Below are positions 36,611 to 47,761 of a stretch of DNA of 64,000 nt, piece after piece (position 1 is the first letter of the stretch; each line of letters opens with the position of its first letter). The position numbers and the translations under genes are program-made. The notes beneath the pieces were generated by a model. That model was not told the origin of the DNA, searched no databases, and worked only from the letters and a program-made list of their open reading frames with translations. Source of the DNA: Xylographa opegraphella (Eukaryota); assembly GCA_022813865.1 (NCBI GenBank), contig JALDZX010000079.1, positions 1 through 64,000 on the forward strand. Direction: 5' to 3'.

Positions 36611-37255
36611 ATGCGCGCCCCCCACGCCCTCTTACCTCTCCTCCTCTTCACCGCCGTCCCCCTCAACACGCCCGTCCTCGCGATGGCCGGGATCCCCTAC
36701 TGCCTCAGCTCCTACGGCCCCGTCACCAACGCGGACACCATCCACGCCATCAACCAGCTCTCCAATTCCTTCTCCCACCGCCCCGGCACGCAAGTCCGCG
36801 TCCCGCTCTACTACCACTTCGCGTCCGCGCTCGTCGGCCTCGACGTCATCCGCACCAACCCCCTCGCCGTCCCGCTCGCGGGCCAACGCATCCCGCTCGA
36901 CTGGAACGCCCAGCTCCGCAGCCTGCAGACGGTGCGCCAGACGTGCGTCGCCTTCCAGGGCGGGCTGCCCTACATGCGCGAGTGGGGCGGCTGGATGCAC
37001 GACAATGGCTTCATCTACGTCGTCGTCAACGCCCTCGAGGTCGGCGACGTCACCGCCTGTCTGCAGCGCGGCACTACCTTCGAGGCCTGTATCGTCCAGG
37101 GCCTCCACGCCAGCGCCGCCCGCCATGGCAGCGTCATCGATGCCTCTGCCGGTGCGGTGCGCCCTCCGGCGGGGACGCAGCTGCCTGCCGACGACGACCC
37201 GGACGATGTCCCTGATGTTCAGGGCTGGGCTAACGCTATGATGGGTATGTATTGA
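36611..37255 (+). CDS. Small secreted effector-like protein of unknown function
   Basis: 214 aa with strong GC3 bias, hydrophobic N-terminal signal (MRAPHALLPLLLFTAV..VLA), 4 Cys and an acidic tail. No family recognised. Confidence 0.7.
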   Translation: MRAPHALLPLLLFTAVPLNTPVLAMAGIPYCLSSYGPVTNADTIHAINQLSNSFSHRPGTQVRVPLYYHFASALVGLDVIRTNPLAVPLAGQRIPLDWNAQLRSLQTVRQTCVAFQGGLPYMREWGGWMHDNGFIYVVVNALEVGDVTACLQRGTTFEACIVQGLHASAARHGSVIDASAGAVRPPAGTQLPADDDPDDVPDVQGWANAMMGMY

Positions 37256-38124
37256 ATTTGGGGGCCGGGGGGGAGGGGGGGGGAGAGGGCGGGTAAGTAT
37301 CGCAACGCCGGCGGGACTGGCGGGCTTGTTCTGGGCGTTGATTGAACCCTGTGCTTCGCTACCGTGCTCTATACTGCATAGCTGCACGACTCGGAAGGCG
37401 CCCGTGGTGGCAGATCGTAGTCGCAGCCGCGAGGGGGAGTGGCAATGCGGAAAGGGCACGACGATGCGCATCTTTTCCTCCTGGGCCTGCAAACCTGCGA
37501 CCACACATCGTCCGCTTCCCTACTCGTAACGCACAGGCCGGTCCCGCTCTCACAGAAGACGCACCCAGTAGCCCAGACGCGCTGTATAGCACTCGCCAGC
37601 GCTGCGGCGTGCTCGTTGCGGCTCGTCAGCTGCGCGGCTGTGGCTGGCTGACCGTCTGGCGGGATAGGGGCGTAGGCCAAAGCGGGTGGAGATATTGGTG
37701 GGGCGCGCTCTCTTTGGCAGACGATAGCGATGGGTTAAGGGGGGGGGCGCTGTGCGGAGGAAATGGGGGCTTGGAGCGAGGTGTGAGAGACGGTGGGTTG
37801 TAGGTGGGGTATGTGCGGGACGCGGAGGTACAGTTCGTCGATTAATGGTGGTGAGGGAGTGGGGGAAGCGTGCACGCAGATGGGCGCGAGCAGGATACGA
37901 ATAGAATAGCTTTTTGCCTTGCCCGCTATTCTGATGATGGATGATGACTGAGGGATTCATGGCGTCTACGGCAACATATGCACTCGCAACTCGCTCGCTG
38001 CCCGTCCTTCAAAGTATACAATCGCCACCCCTGTCTTGCCTCGCCTTTCTTCCTGAAAACAATCGTCCACATCGATGCTCGCTGCTCGGGATACACGAAC
38101 TCGACCACCCCCGTCCGACAACGC

Positions 38125-41106
38125 TCACTCCACCAACGGACCGCTGCCCGAGCCGTTCTTGCGTAGACTCGGACTCTGGCCTCCCCCGCCACCGCCACTG
38201 CTGCTGCTGCCACTGCCACTGCCTTCGCGACCGCTCGCGACGACGCCCACGGCCGCCATACCGCGGTTCAGAGTCGGCGCCGCCGGTGGCGTCAATTCAT
38301 CCTCCCCGGCTGGTCCTTTACTCTTCGGCACGCCTCGACTGAGCAGCGGCATTGGCGGGGCAGCGGGATCGTCGTCGAAGTCGGTGTAGACGCTGTTGCC
38401 GCTGAGCATGCTGGTCGATCTCCCTCTCGCGGCGTTGTGGCCGTTTGTCGTGCCGGGGAATGAGTCCGGGGTGCCGAATGCGGGGAAGCGGAAGCCGGCG
38501 GAGATGGCGGATTGAGGGAGTGTGCCGGGCAGGTCGCCTTCTGGGGTGATGGGCCGGCTCTGGGAGGCAAGGGCTTGCTGCTGTTCGAGAGAGGCCTCGA
38601 GCGCTTGGACCTGCTGCCAGGACGTTCGTGCATGATACTGGATGTCTTGCAAGGAACGCATGAGGTTGTTAAGCTGGTCTTGGTAGTTGGCTTCGAGGTG
38701 ATGGCGGCCCGAAAACTTGGCGCTTTGCTCGGATAGTTGGCGTTCTTTCTCCGTGCTACCGTGGGCAGTGACATGATGCATACGAGTGTGTTGATCCGAG
38801 AGCTTGGCGATGCGGTGCTGCAAGCGTTCACGCTTCTGGGTTGTTGTGAGAGCTTCGGTTTGGACGGCGGATGAGTCGCGATGATTGTAATCCTTGAAAC
38901 GGGAGAGATCTTCCTGCCCGATAGATTGCCGGTCCCGTTGAGAGTCCCAGCTAGTTTTGTGCTCCTGCCACTCATGAGGCTCTTCTTCAGGTAGATTGAC
39001 ATAGTTCTCAAGCTCATCGGAAATCAGGGTAATGGCATCATCTGCTTGGCGCATATGTTGATTCTGCTGGAGTTGGCGGTTCTGGAGACCTCGGTCGTTG
39101 GTCCCGATTCTGCCCATCCTGTCATGTAGAATTTCCAAATCCTTCTTGAGACTGATCGAGGTGGCTTTGCTGTCTTTTCGGATCCGCCGCTGCTGAGCTG
39201 ATGCTTCTTCTAAAGTGCTTTCGTAGGCGTTTATAGATGTTCTGAGAGTAGTAAGAGGTGATGCAGGCGATGAAGGGCGAATAGGTTGAATTTGGGCCGC
39301 GATTATGGTGGAAGAAGCTGGACCCTTGTCAGTGTTCAAAATAAACCTAAAGGTCCAAACCCTACCTTGCTCAGGGTTGGCTGAGGATGGTGTGGCCACA
39401 GTATCCGAATGTATAACCACATCATCCTCAGACCGGACAAAGCAACACTGGTAGCTATATGAGGGAGAGAGACCATACACCTCACCAATCCACCGGTGCC
39501 CACGTCCTGGCACGTGTTCACTTTCCGGAACGGGATCTATCTTAGCTGAAGTCCAGTCTGCCCCATTGATGCGGACATAGAAAGGCTTAGAGCGATCGAT
39601 ACCATTTTCGTCAACCCAATCGGATTCTTCTCCTGTATCTGCTGCCACGTGAAAGTTGACGGAAAAAACCCCCGTTTCGAAGAAAAAGCTGTTAGGATGT
39701 ACATTTGAGACCCATATCCGAACATCGTCGATGATGAAAGGAGCGCTCCCAAGATTTTCAGTATCGGTCGCATTCGAACCCATCGCATCCTTGGTCGCTT
39801 GTGATTGTTCATACTCACGCAAGATGGTAGCTTTGGTAGCAGCGAATGCCGCCCACAATGGTTGTTTACTTCGAACATAGTTACCCTGCTTCCTTTTCCT
39901 CTTTCCCGCCGAAACTTTGTCCTTGGAATCTCTCAGACTTTGTAAAGAACCCTTTGACCTGAGATCTATCGGGGAGCTAGGTGGATTCTGGGCCAAGTCT
40001 ACCAACCCTGTGCTGTCTGAAGTTGGTTGATGTCCAGCTACAGCCTCAGGATCTGAAAGACTGCTGGTCAATGCAATTGCTTGATTGTCCTTGAACTTCA
40101 AAGCCCACTTTCTGATCAACCTGGCAAGACCTTGAATAACTATGTGAAGAGCAATAAGAGTTTTGATATTACGGAACATGGGCCTGCCGGAGGAGCCCGG
40201 ATCTGGAGAAACTGGAGGTGTGCTGCTTAAGGCTCCCACCATTGGCGCCCATCTTCCGAGCCATGTGCGATGCATGATACGCAAAATCAGCCGCTTGTAG
40301 CGAGACAGATGTGTAGCAGATACCAAGGATATGCAGAGCAATGTACTGTCGGATCCTCCCGGCCTATTGGAATAGCCCCCACCAAGTGTGGTTGCAACCA
40401 TTGCTTGAGCCCAGTCAAGCACCAAGGCTTGAATTGGTTTGAACATGGGGAGCCAGAATGCTATACCGATCAAGTCGACTATGCACATGGTCGAGAAGGA
40501 TAATGGGGCGGAGTAAGCCTGAAAGAAGTCGCTCAGGGTTGGAAGTCCAGAAAACGAGCCAGTCGGTGGAATGAAAGTCAGAATGGCGAAGACTGTATTG
40601 GTCAGACTAAGAAACGTCGGCGGTAGCGACAGCAGGAAGAGTAGTATGGCGAGAGTATCCCGCAGCGGGCATGCCTTGAGGACCGTAAGTGCCAAATGCA
40701 CCGCACTGTTATCTAGCATCGAGCGAGGCTTCGCAGCACTCGCATCGATCTTCCGATGATGCTGATCCGGTAACCTCCCTGTATGACTCTTCCCATTCTC
40801 GACCACCTCGGCAGCCTCTGGTATGCCATCGGCCAAGCTCTTTCCCCGACCGTCGTACCCCGTCCCACCATTAGCAGATTCTGTAGAATGAAAAGCATCC
40901 GCAGTGGCATCGTTGTCGCAGGCCGAGCCGGATTGGGCAGCAGAAAGGGTCGGCAGCGGGGGAGTATTGGCCCTGGATCGACCATCCGGGCTGCCACTTA
41001 GATGACCATTCGACTTCTGCTTGGTGATGCGCTTGCCTGGAGCAACGATACCATTCTCGTGCTTGGAGTTGTGTTGATGTGCGTTCTTCTTCGCACCTCG
41101 TGGCAT
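38125..41106 (-). CDS. acrB: Ubiquitination network signalling protein AcrB-like (TM segments plus coiled coil)
   Basis: N-terminal HENG..GKRITKQKSNGHL, TM block CPLRDTLAILLFLLSLPPT, QPLWAAFAATK, FYVRINGADW, a long coiled coil and SRPITPEGDLPGT. Probable 48-nt intron at 39318-39365. Confidence 0.8.
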   Translation of the reverse strand: MPRGAKKNAHQHNSKHENGIVAPGKRITKQKSNGHLSGSPDGRSRANTPPLPTLSAAQSGSACDNDATADAFHSTESANGGTGYDGRGKSLADGIPEAAEVVENGKSHTGRLPDQHHRKIDASAAKPRSMLDNSAVHLALTVLKACPLRDTLAILLFLLSLPPTFLSLTNTVFAILTFIPPTGSFSGLPTLSDFFQAYSAPLSFSTMCIVDLIGIAFWLPMFKPIQALVLDWAQAMVATTLGGGYSNRPGGSDSTLLCISLVSATHLSRYKRLILRIMHRTWLGRWAPMVGALSSTPPVSPDPGSSGRPMFRNIKTLIALHIVIQGLARLIRKWALKFKDNQAIALTSSLSDPEAVAGHQPTSDSTGLVDLAQNPPSSPIDLRSKGSLQSLRDSKDKVSAGKRKRKQGNYVRSKQPLWAAFAATKATILREYEQSQATKDAMGSNATDTENLGSAPFIIDDVRIWVSNVHPNSFFFETGVFSVNFHVAADTGEESDWVDENGIDRSKPFYVRINGADWTSAKIDPVPESEHVPGRGHRWIGEVYGLSPSYSYQCCFVRSEDDVVIHSDTVATPSSANPEQGRVWTFRFILNTDKGPASSTIIAAQIQPIRPSSPASPLTTLRTSINAYESTLEEASAQQRRIRKDSKATSISLKKDLEILHDRMGRIGTNDRGLQNRQLQQNQHMRQADDAITLISDELENYVNLPEEEPHEWQEHKTSWDSQRDRQSIGQEDLSRFKDYNHRDSSAVQTEALTTTQKRERLQHRIAKLSDQHTRMHHVTAHGSTEKERQLSEQSAKFSGRHHLEANYQDQLNNLMRSLQDIQYHARTSWQQVQALEASLEQQQALASQSRPITPEGDLPGTLPQSAISAGFRFPAFGTPDSFPGTTNGHNAARGRSTSMLSGNSVYTDFDDDPAAPPMPLLSRGVPKSKGPAGEDELTPPAAPTLNRGMAAVGVVASGREGSGSGSSSSGGGGGGQSPSLRKNGSGSGPLVE

Positions 41107-42068
41107 GAAGCCGCTGATCCCGTAGGCGCCTTCACAGCCAGCTCATCCACGGGTTAGTGAGACAGCCTGACAACGTAAAGGACACAAGCCTACAGCCGCT
41201 CCACGGTGGCGGTGGACGATACACAATGAGTCAGGCTAGAGGACCTGTGGCGCGGGAGGAAGTTGAGGAGAAGATATTGCCAGAGGGTTATCGCAAATGC
41301 GGGCGAGCAGTGGTGGTAGTTCTGGCGGTGGAGATTGTGTTTGATGCCTTTTTGACGAAGGTGCCTCCGAGCCAGGGTCTGCTCGCTAAGAACGGCAATG
41401 GCACAAAAGCTAGCAGGATTTACTGAACGGCAATCATCAGAAATCCCGTCACTGGTAAGAGCGTTGATGCGGCTCTAACAGCGGACGGAGCTAGGGGTGA
41501 ACAATAGCAGCGTCGACCATGGGCGAGTTCTGGGACGAACAATATTCACACCAGATAAGGCATTGTGAAGGCCTTAACTATCACTGTGTACATGATCAAT
41601 AACCGGCCAATAGGATGCGAGTCCCGTGGAACCTCACCGACTCCTCCAACCAAACCTCTGGCTGCACCCGCCCAATTGAGTATCCAAGGGGCGGAGACAG
41701 CGCTGATCACCCGGTGGTCTAGACTAAGACAGTGGCAACCAACGCTTTTTCACTCATCCGCAGCACTTAGTCGAAGACCACGGGCCAACGACTGCGGTTA
41801 TCTTCCTTTGCCTTCTCCGAACCGTGCAATAGTCGGTGAGATAGCCGTTGGGAGATCGGCAGCGGAAACCATGCACGAACTCCCCATGCTGAAGTTGGAA
41901 GTACTGTTATGTAAAACTCCATCTTGTGGAGATAGAAGCTGTCGCGTGGTTTACAATCACTCCGTTATTTACAAGATAAGGAGTGGTAAATCATGCTAAC
42001 CTCGAACACTGGCATGGAAAATTGGGAATCTACAACTCATGGTGTCATATTCTCCTCTGGCCACGACA

Positions 42069-43475
42069 TCAAGCTACCTCGACCATCCTCAACTGCGCTG
42101 CCTCCACGATGGGCTCCTTGTCGACACCCAGTAACGCGATGGTCTCGGGATATACTTTGTATGCATGAGCTTCAGCGTCGTGATCCATTAACCATGGCTC
42201 TCGCACCAACTTCAAGCTTTCCGGATTTTCCTTGATCTTGTCAAAGTCCGCCTTGTGCCATGTGTCCCGCGTAGTCTCGCCGGTCTTCTGCGCCGCTAGC
42301 ACTCGACCATACCGGATCTTTTCGAAGGCTCTCAGTGCCTCCGGAACTTTGTTTTTGCCACTCAGGGCGAGGCAGACCGCCACCGTCGCGCCGTCTTCCA
42401 TTGCCTGACTGGCGCCTTGCACAGAGGTCGGTAGAAAGGGGTGAGCAGCGTCTCCGATCAGCGCGATGCGGCCTTTAGGAGATATCCAAGTAGGCATCGG
42501 ATCTCGGTAAACTAGCTTCCAATCCACCAAAAAGGGTGTCGCCTTGACGATCTCGTGTACGATCGGATCCCAGCCTTCGAGGACTTTCAATGCATCTTCT
42601 ACACGCCCGGGTTCTTGCCAGCCCTCTTCCACGTCTGCTTCATCCTGCGATCACGTCAGTAGCTGGACATATGATGTCGAGAGAGATTCTGATATACCTT
42701 GTGCGTGCATACCCAGCTGAAGTCCTTTCCATCCTTGATAGATGCAGCGAGGAAATGAATATCTGGACCCAGCCACGCAGAATGTGTATCCCCATTCTCC
42801 ACTAGATATTTAGTCTTCGGGTTGTTCGCTATCCCCGCCGAGTCAAACCAAGCCCGGTAGATGGCGTATCCAGACGACTTCGGCTTGTCTTCATACCCGA
42901 GAACAAGCGTCCTACCCGTCGAGCGTACGCCATCGGCCGCAAGGACAATATCTCCGACTATCCTTTGTCCATTGGAGACGACCCCGGCTTCCTTCTCGTC
43001 CTCAAAGTATTCTGTGATCTTTTGATCAAGTCGAATTTCGATCCCTAGGCTTAGCGCATGGTTGTACACAATTTCGTGAATCTCCCCTCGATGGCCATTG
43101 TAGGCTTTGCCGTATGATCGCTCCTTGTCCCATGACTGATAGAAGAGATAGTCACCAAGATATGATTTGTATGTTAGGCCTTTCGTCTTGATACAGATGG
43201 GGTCGAGCTGCTCAGGCACGCCTGGCCATCGTTCAAAGATTCGTCCTGCATTAGGACCGAAGCCTGAACCGGATATGAGCAATCTTCAAACACATGGACG
43301 GCTTGATCTTACTGATGATGTCTCCAAGCACCTTGAGTTCTGCAAAGGATTCCAATACCAAAGCTTCGTGACCTTTTCGATGGCACTCTATGGCGGCAGT
43401 CAAGCCTGCAAAGCCTGCTCCAACGATAATGACCTTGATGCCCGACGGTTGCGGCTGTTCCGTACTGGGAGACAT
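42069..43475 (-). CDS. FAD-dependent monooxygenase (group A, salicylate hydroxylase/MAK1-like), 2 introns
   Basis: Motifs VIIVGAGFAGL (GxGxxG), LAADGVRS (DG) and LIGDAAHPFLPTSVQGASQAMEDG (GD). Introns 43264-43312 and 42645-42697 restore the frame. Confidence 0.92.
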
Positions 43476-43770
43476 GCTTGTTGGTGATAATCTGAGCGTC
43501 GAAAGCAAGTATGTATTGCACTTTCACATAAGACAGACGAGCCGGAGGCTAGTAGCATTGTATTGGACAATACTTCTGTCTCTGGCGTTCTGGGCCTGGC
43601 AGAAGTAAATGCCGATACCATGGCCGTAACTCATCCACGCTATCCTATCGGTGCCTTCGGTAGGACTATCTGGACCTTGACTATAGTTTATCCATTGCAA
43701 ATCCCTCGAATGAGGTATCGTGATCCATTCGGCTCTTCATCATGTCTTGATGCCGGTCAACGTTGGAAGT

Positions 43771-43935
43771 GTGGAGAAGATTGACCCCACACCCCGGATT
43801 TCCGTCCTCCAAACTCAACCCCACCGTTGTTGATCAATCTGCAAGCGTCGCCTGAGGCAGGCAGTCTTATTACATTGCTGGCATTTGCCGGCGGTCTTTA
43901 CCATCAAACAATTAAGCTCTCTTGGTAGTCTGGAG
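43771..43935. promoter_or_regulatory. Candidate CreA sites and Zn2Cys6 inverted repeat in a bidirectional promoter
   Basis: SYGGRG matches at 43771, 43785(-), 43792(-), 43819(-) and 43930. CGGATTTCCG (CGG-N4-CCG) at 43795-43804. Confidence 0.35.
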
Positions 43936-44067
43936 ATCTGGTCCATGTGCTCTACTAATCATTTCTCGAGGTTTTTCTTTTATGATGTCTGAAGTTCGTG
44001 TTGCACGACACACTCGCAATTGACTGGATCTTGACCAGTTCTTGACATTTCTCTTCTTCTAGCAATT

Positions 44068-45702
44068 ATGTTTCTCAGTCCTTTCTTTTCATCGTGGCAG
44101 TACTCGGTTGCCTCAGTGATTGGCCTCGTCATCTCCATCCCACTCTTCATCTTTCTGTCTGATTTCTCACGATGGCTCCGTATGCCTCCTGGTCCGGTTC
44201 CCTTTCCATTCATAGGAAACAAATTGGATCTCCCAAAATCAAAGCCTTGGATTAAGTTTCAAGAATGGTCCAAAGTGTATGGACCGATCTACACTATCTG
44301 GATAGGACGACGCCCAACAATCATCATCTCAGATCCCAATATCGCTGTTGACCTAATGGAAAAGAGAAGTAACAAATACTCTTCCCGACCTCGGTTCGTT
44401 GCTATGGGAGAGATACATTGGGATATGGCCCCAATGCTCGTCCAACCGTATGGCAAGTCCTGGTCAATCCGCCGAAAGTTACTACACCACGCAATGACGC
44501 CAGCTGCGCTCCGTCTATACAAACCCATTCAGGAAGCGGAGGCGTCACGGCTTTGCTACCATCTTCTGCAAGATCCCGACCGATGGGAGCGCTACATCGA
44601 CCGCTTCACAGCTTCAATAGTATTTACTGTGGCTTATGGACATAGGATTGATTCTTTGAACGCCAAAATTGTTCGACAGAGACTTGAATTTATGCAGTAC
44701 GCAGCTGAGCTGAACGTACCTGGCGCCTACTTGGTAGAATCGTTTCCAATCATGAAGTACATGCCCCGAGCTCTTGCACCTTGGAAACGCGAGATGCAGG
44801 ACAGGGGTTATGTCGAAGCAGCCTCAAACATGGCGTTGGTCGAGATGGTCAAGCGCGATATTGCCAATGGAAAAGAAAAGGGAGAAGTGGTCCCAGACTC
44901 CCTGTGTAAGCTCATTCTTAAGATCCGCGAGAAAGAGGGTGTCGCACTGTCAGATCGGGACTTTGCTTTCATTCCGTCCTCTCTCTTCGGTGCTGGTTCG
45001 GACACTACGGCGTCGACTCTTTGCTCTGCAATTCTGGCTCTGATTACCCACCCAGAGACTCTTGTGGCTGCGCACAAGGAACTCGATCGTGTCATTGGCA
45101 GTGAACGCTCTCCAACTTTCAGTGACGAGGCAGACCTTCCCTACATCCGCGCCTTGTGCAAAGAAGTTCTCCGTTGGCGTCCTGTCGCCGTCCTCGGTGG
45201 GACACCGCATGCGTCTACAGAAGACGACGTCTACGAAGGCTGGTATATCCCTGCTGGCACCACAATCCTTGGCAACTCATGGGCTATCAACCTCAACGAA
45301 GAGTACTACCCGAATCCACATCACTTCAACCCCCTTCGCTTCCTCGATAAGGGCGCCGTTTTAACGTACACCGACGAAAAAGCCGATATTGAGAAGGGTA
45401 AAGCCCATCCTGCCAAGTCTGGCCATTCGTCGTTCGGCTGGGGTCGAAGAATCTGCCCTGGCGCAAATTTGGCCGAAAACAGTCTATTCGCAGCGCTGAG
45501 TAAGCTGGTATGGGCATTTGATATTCTGCCGATCGAAGGCAGAACGTACGATGTGTTCGACTACACGGAAGGGTTCAACATACGGCCGAAGAAGTTTGAG
45601 TGTGTGATCAAGGTCAGGGATGAGAAGCACAGACAAGTGTTGAAGCGGGAAAACAAGCGTGCGGAGGATGAAATGGCGAGGTTTCCTTGCTTTGAGGAGT
45701 AG
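44068..45702 (+). CDS. Cytochrome P450 monooxygenase (apparently intronless)
   Basis: N-terminal TM anchor, PPGP hinge, I-helix AGSDTT, EVLR (ExxR), PLRF and heme motif FGWGRRICPG. Confidence 0.97.
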   Translation: MFLSPFFSSWQYSVASVIGLVISIPLFIFLSDFSRWLRMPPGPVPFPFIGNKLDLPKSKPWIKFQEWSKVYGPIYTIWIGRRPTIIISDPNIAVDLMEKRSNKYSSRPRFVAMGEIHWDMAPMLVQPYGKSWSIRRKLLHHAMTPAALRLYKPIQEAEASRLCYHLLQDPDRWERYIDRFTASIVFTVAYGHRIDSLNAKIVRQRLEFMQYAAELNVPGAYLVESFPIMKYMPRALAPWKREMQDRGYVEAASNMALVEMVKRDIANGKEKGEVVPDSLCKLILKIREKEGVALSDRDFAFIPSSLFGAGSDTTASTLCSAILALITHPETLVAAHKELDRVIGSERSPTFSDEADLPYIRALCKEVLRWRPVAVLGGTPHASTEDDVYEGWYIPAGTTILGNSWAINLNEEYYPNPHHFNPLRFLDKGAVLTYTDEKADIEKGKAHPAKSGHSSFGWGRRICPGANLAENSLFAALSKLVWAFDILPIEGRTYDVFDYTEGFNIRPKKFECVIKVRDEKHRQVLKRENKRAEDEMARFPCFEE

Positions 45703-46337
45703 GAAGTTGGGCTTTGTATGTGGTACAAGCTGAATTCATGCTTCAATTGCGGCTATAGCATTGCGGCCATCATTCTGGCACCTTCAAAGCTCCGCAGAGT
45801 CCTTTGGGGGCAATAAATAACCAAATAAAACTACATAAGAACTGTAGAGAACTATTTACAAGTTCTCGTGATTGTGTTGTTTTGAGACTGGTGTTTGCTG
45901 CAATAGAAACCCATCTTGAACCATCACACAATTCTTACCGAGCTGATGGAGTCAAATTGCCCGTCAAAGCGAACGCAGCATGTATCCAGGAAGGTCAGAC
46001 GAGACGGACAAGCCAGCGATATATGTTTTAGAATGAACTAAGCTGCACCGACATTCTTCATATTGTAAATACACTATTTAAGCCGTTTGATGGTTCGAGC
46101 AAAGTTAGTACTTTGATACCCAGGATACCCTTTCCGGCGCGAACATCTGTCGTTTTTGGAATAGACCATGTCTCTCCGTCTCTATAATGTCTCGCGACCC
46201 ACGATGTCGGATTTGAAAGTGGTGCAGGCCATCCGTCATGCGTTGTAAAGAAGTGCCATAGATGTTCAGGAATATATTTACGTGGCGGACTCGGTCATTT
46301 AGACTCTAATTGTGGTATCCTGCTCTGTTGTGGGATC

Positions 46338-46865
46338 TCAGCGCTCTCCACCTGTTCCTTTCTTACTCTTCTCCTTCTCCTCCCGTACGCCCTTGGCCGC
46401 TTCTTGCTTCTCCGCGTCCTGCCCGTAACCACTTATGAGATCCATCAGGCTTCCCTTCGACTCCTCCACATCCTCTCCATCTTCCCCATCCACTTCGTCG
46501 GCTTCCTCTTCCTCTACGTTGGTCCGCGCATCCCAGCCTCTTCCGAATCTTTCCCTAAAAGCCCGCAAGCGCCCGGCCTCGTCGGCTTCGAGATTCATGA
46601 GCTTTTGGCTGGATGGGTTCCATAGTTGTGTGTTTCGGGTGTCTTTGGTGGATTTGTAGATCGGCATGGGGGATGTGGTGCGTTGTAGGTAGGAGCTGCC
46701 ATCGGAAAGTGTGACTAGTTGGGTGAAGGTGTAGGGGCGTTTCGGCCGTCGTAGGAGCGAGGCGTGACGGCATTGCTGGCAGACGTAGTTGATGCTCGGG
46801 GGGTTGGATGTTCGTTGGACTGTATGCCGGAGAGACATGTTGGTCAATATGGGATCCTGGAACAC
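46338..46865 (-). CDS. MRPL36: Mitochondrial ribosomal protein bL31m (YmL36)
   Basis: Motif RPYTFTQLVTLSDGSS...TTSP..IYKSTKDTRN..LWNPS..EAGRLRAFRERFG, with an Arg-rich presequence-like N-terminus. Confidence 0.85.
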   Translation of the reverse strand: MFQDPILTNMSLRHTVQRTSNPPSINYVCQQCRHASLLRRPKRPYTFTQLVTLSDGSSYLQRTTSPMPIYKSTKDTRNTQLWNPSSQKLMNLEADEAGRLRAFRERFGRGWDARTNVEEEEADEVDGEDGEDVEESKGSLMDLISGYGQDAEKQEAAKGVREEKEKSKKGTGGER

Positions 46866-47028
46866 GAATGATGGAGAGAGAGAACGTTGTTTGACCTCCG
46901 AGGTCTACAAGCTATTTTTACAGCCCTACGGATCGTTGAACACATCTGCATTTGGCAAGACAACTCAACTCAGTCTTCGACTACGACCTGATAGTGAATG
47001 CGCTTCTGCTAGGAACGTTCCCTACTCA

Positions 47029-47761
47029 ATGCGGTTGCATCATGCAATCGGCATAGAAAAGGTGCTTCTATATCGCTTCTCAGTTCCTAATCTGAGGGTC
47101 GTGAGACGGAAGCCATGGCTCAATAGCACACCTTCGAAACTTAGGGCGTATAGTGCTGGTATGTGTCGCTGTAGAAAGCGCCTTGTTTCACTACTATGAA
47201 TGCTGATAATTGCTAGCCAGAAATTCCATTTTACACAATGGCCCTGATGATACAAAGCCAATACCGCAGTCTCTTAGTAAGTCGGTCAGGAAAGCTATGA
47301 GAACAGTACCTCATCCAGTGATGGTCATCACCGCAACTACGCCGGATAAAGATCCCATGGGACTTCTTGTATCGTCATTCAACACCGTCACATTACACCC
47401 TGAGCCTTTGGTATCATTCAACATCAAACTACCGTCGTCCACTTATGATCGGGTCGCCGAGACCGGAGAATTCAGTGCTACTTCTATTTGGTCGACTGAG
47501 ACTGCAAATAGATATACTAAGCCACTAAGCCGGCTGGCGGAGTTCCCGAGAATGAATTCTCCAGGCATGATCCAAGGTGCCATATTCAGCTTCCGGTGTA
47601 TCTGGCTCAAAGAGAAAAGCGTCGAGGTTGGGGACCATGTCATAATGGTGGGACGCGTCACAGAATACACACATATTCCAGCGCCGCCTCAGGAGGCACC
47701 CAAAGTGCCACTGATGTATTGCAATGGAAGATATTGGAAGGCACCTCATGGGCAAGAGTGA
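47029..47761 (+). CDS. Flavin reductase-like FMN-binding protein, probably mitochondrial (1 intron)
   Basis: Motifs VRKAMRTVPHPVMVIT, GLLVSSFNTVTLHPEPLVSFNI, VGDHVIMVGRV and PLMYCNGRY. Intron 47159-47216 joins an Arg/Leu-rich N-terminal exon in frame. Confidence 0.85.

Noticed and set aside
33619..45702. Secondary-metabolite cluster (TF + FMO + P450)
   Set aside because: No backbone synthase is present, the TF is of a sugar-regulator type, and housekeeping acrB intervenes.
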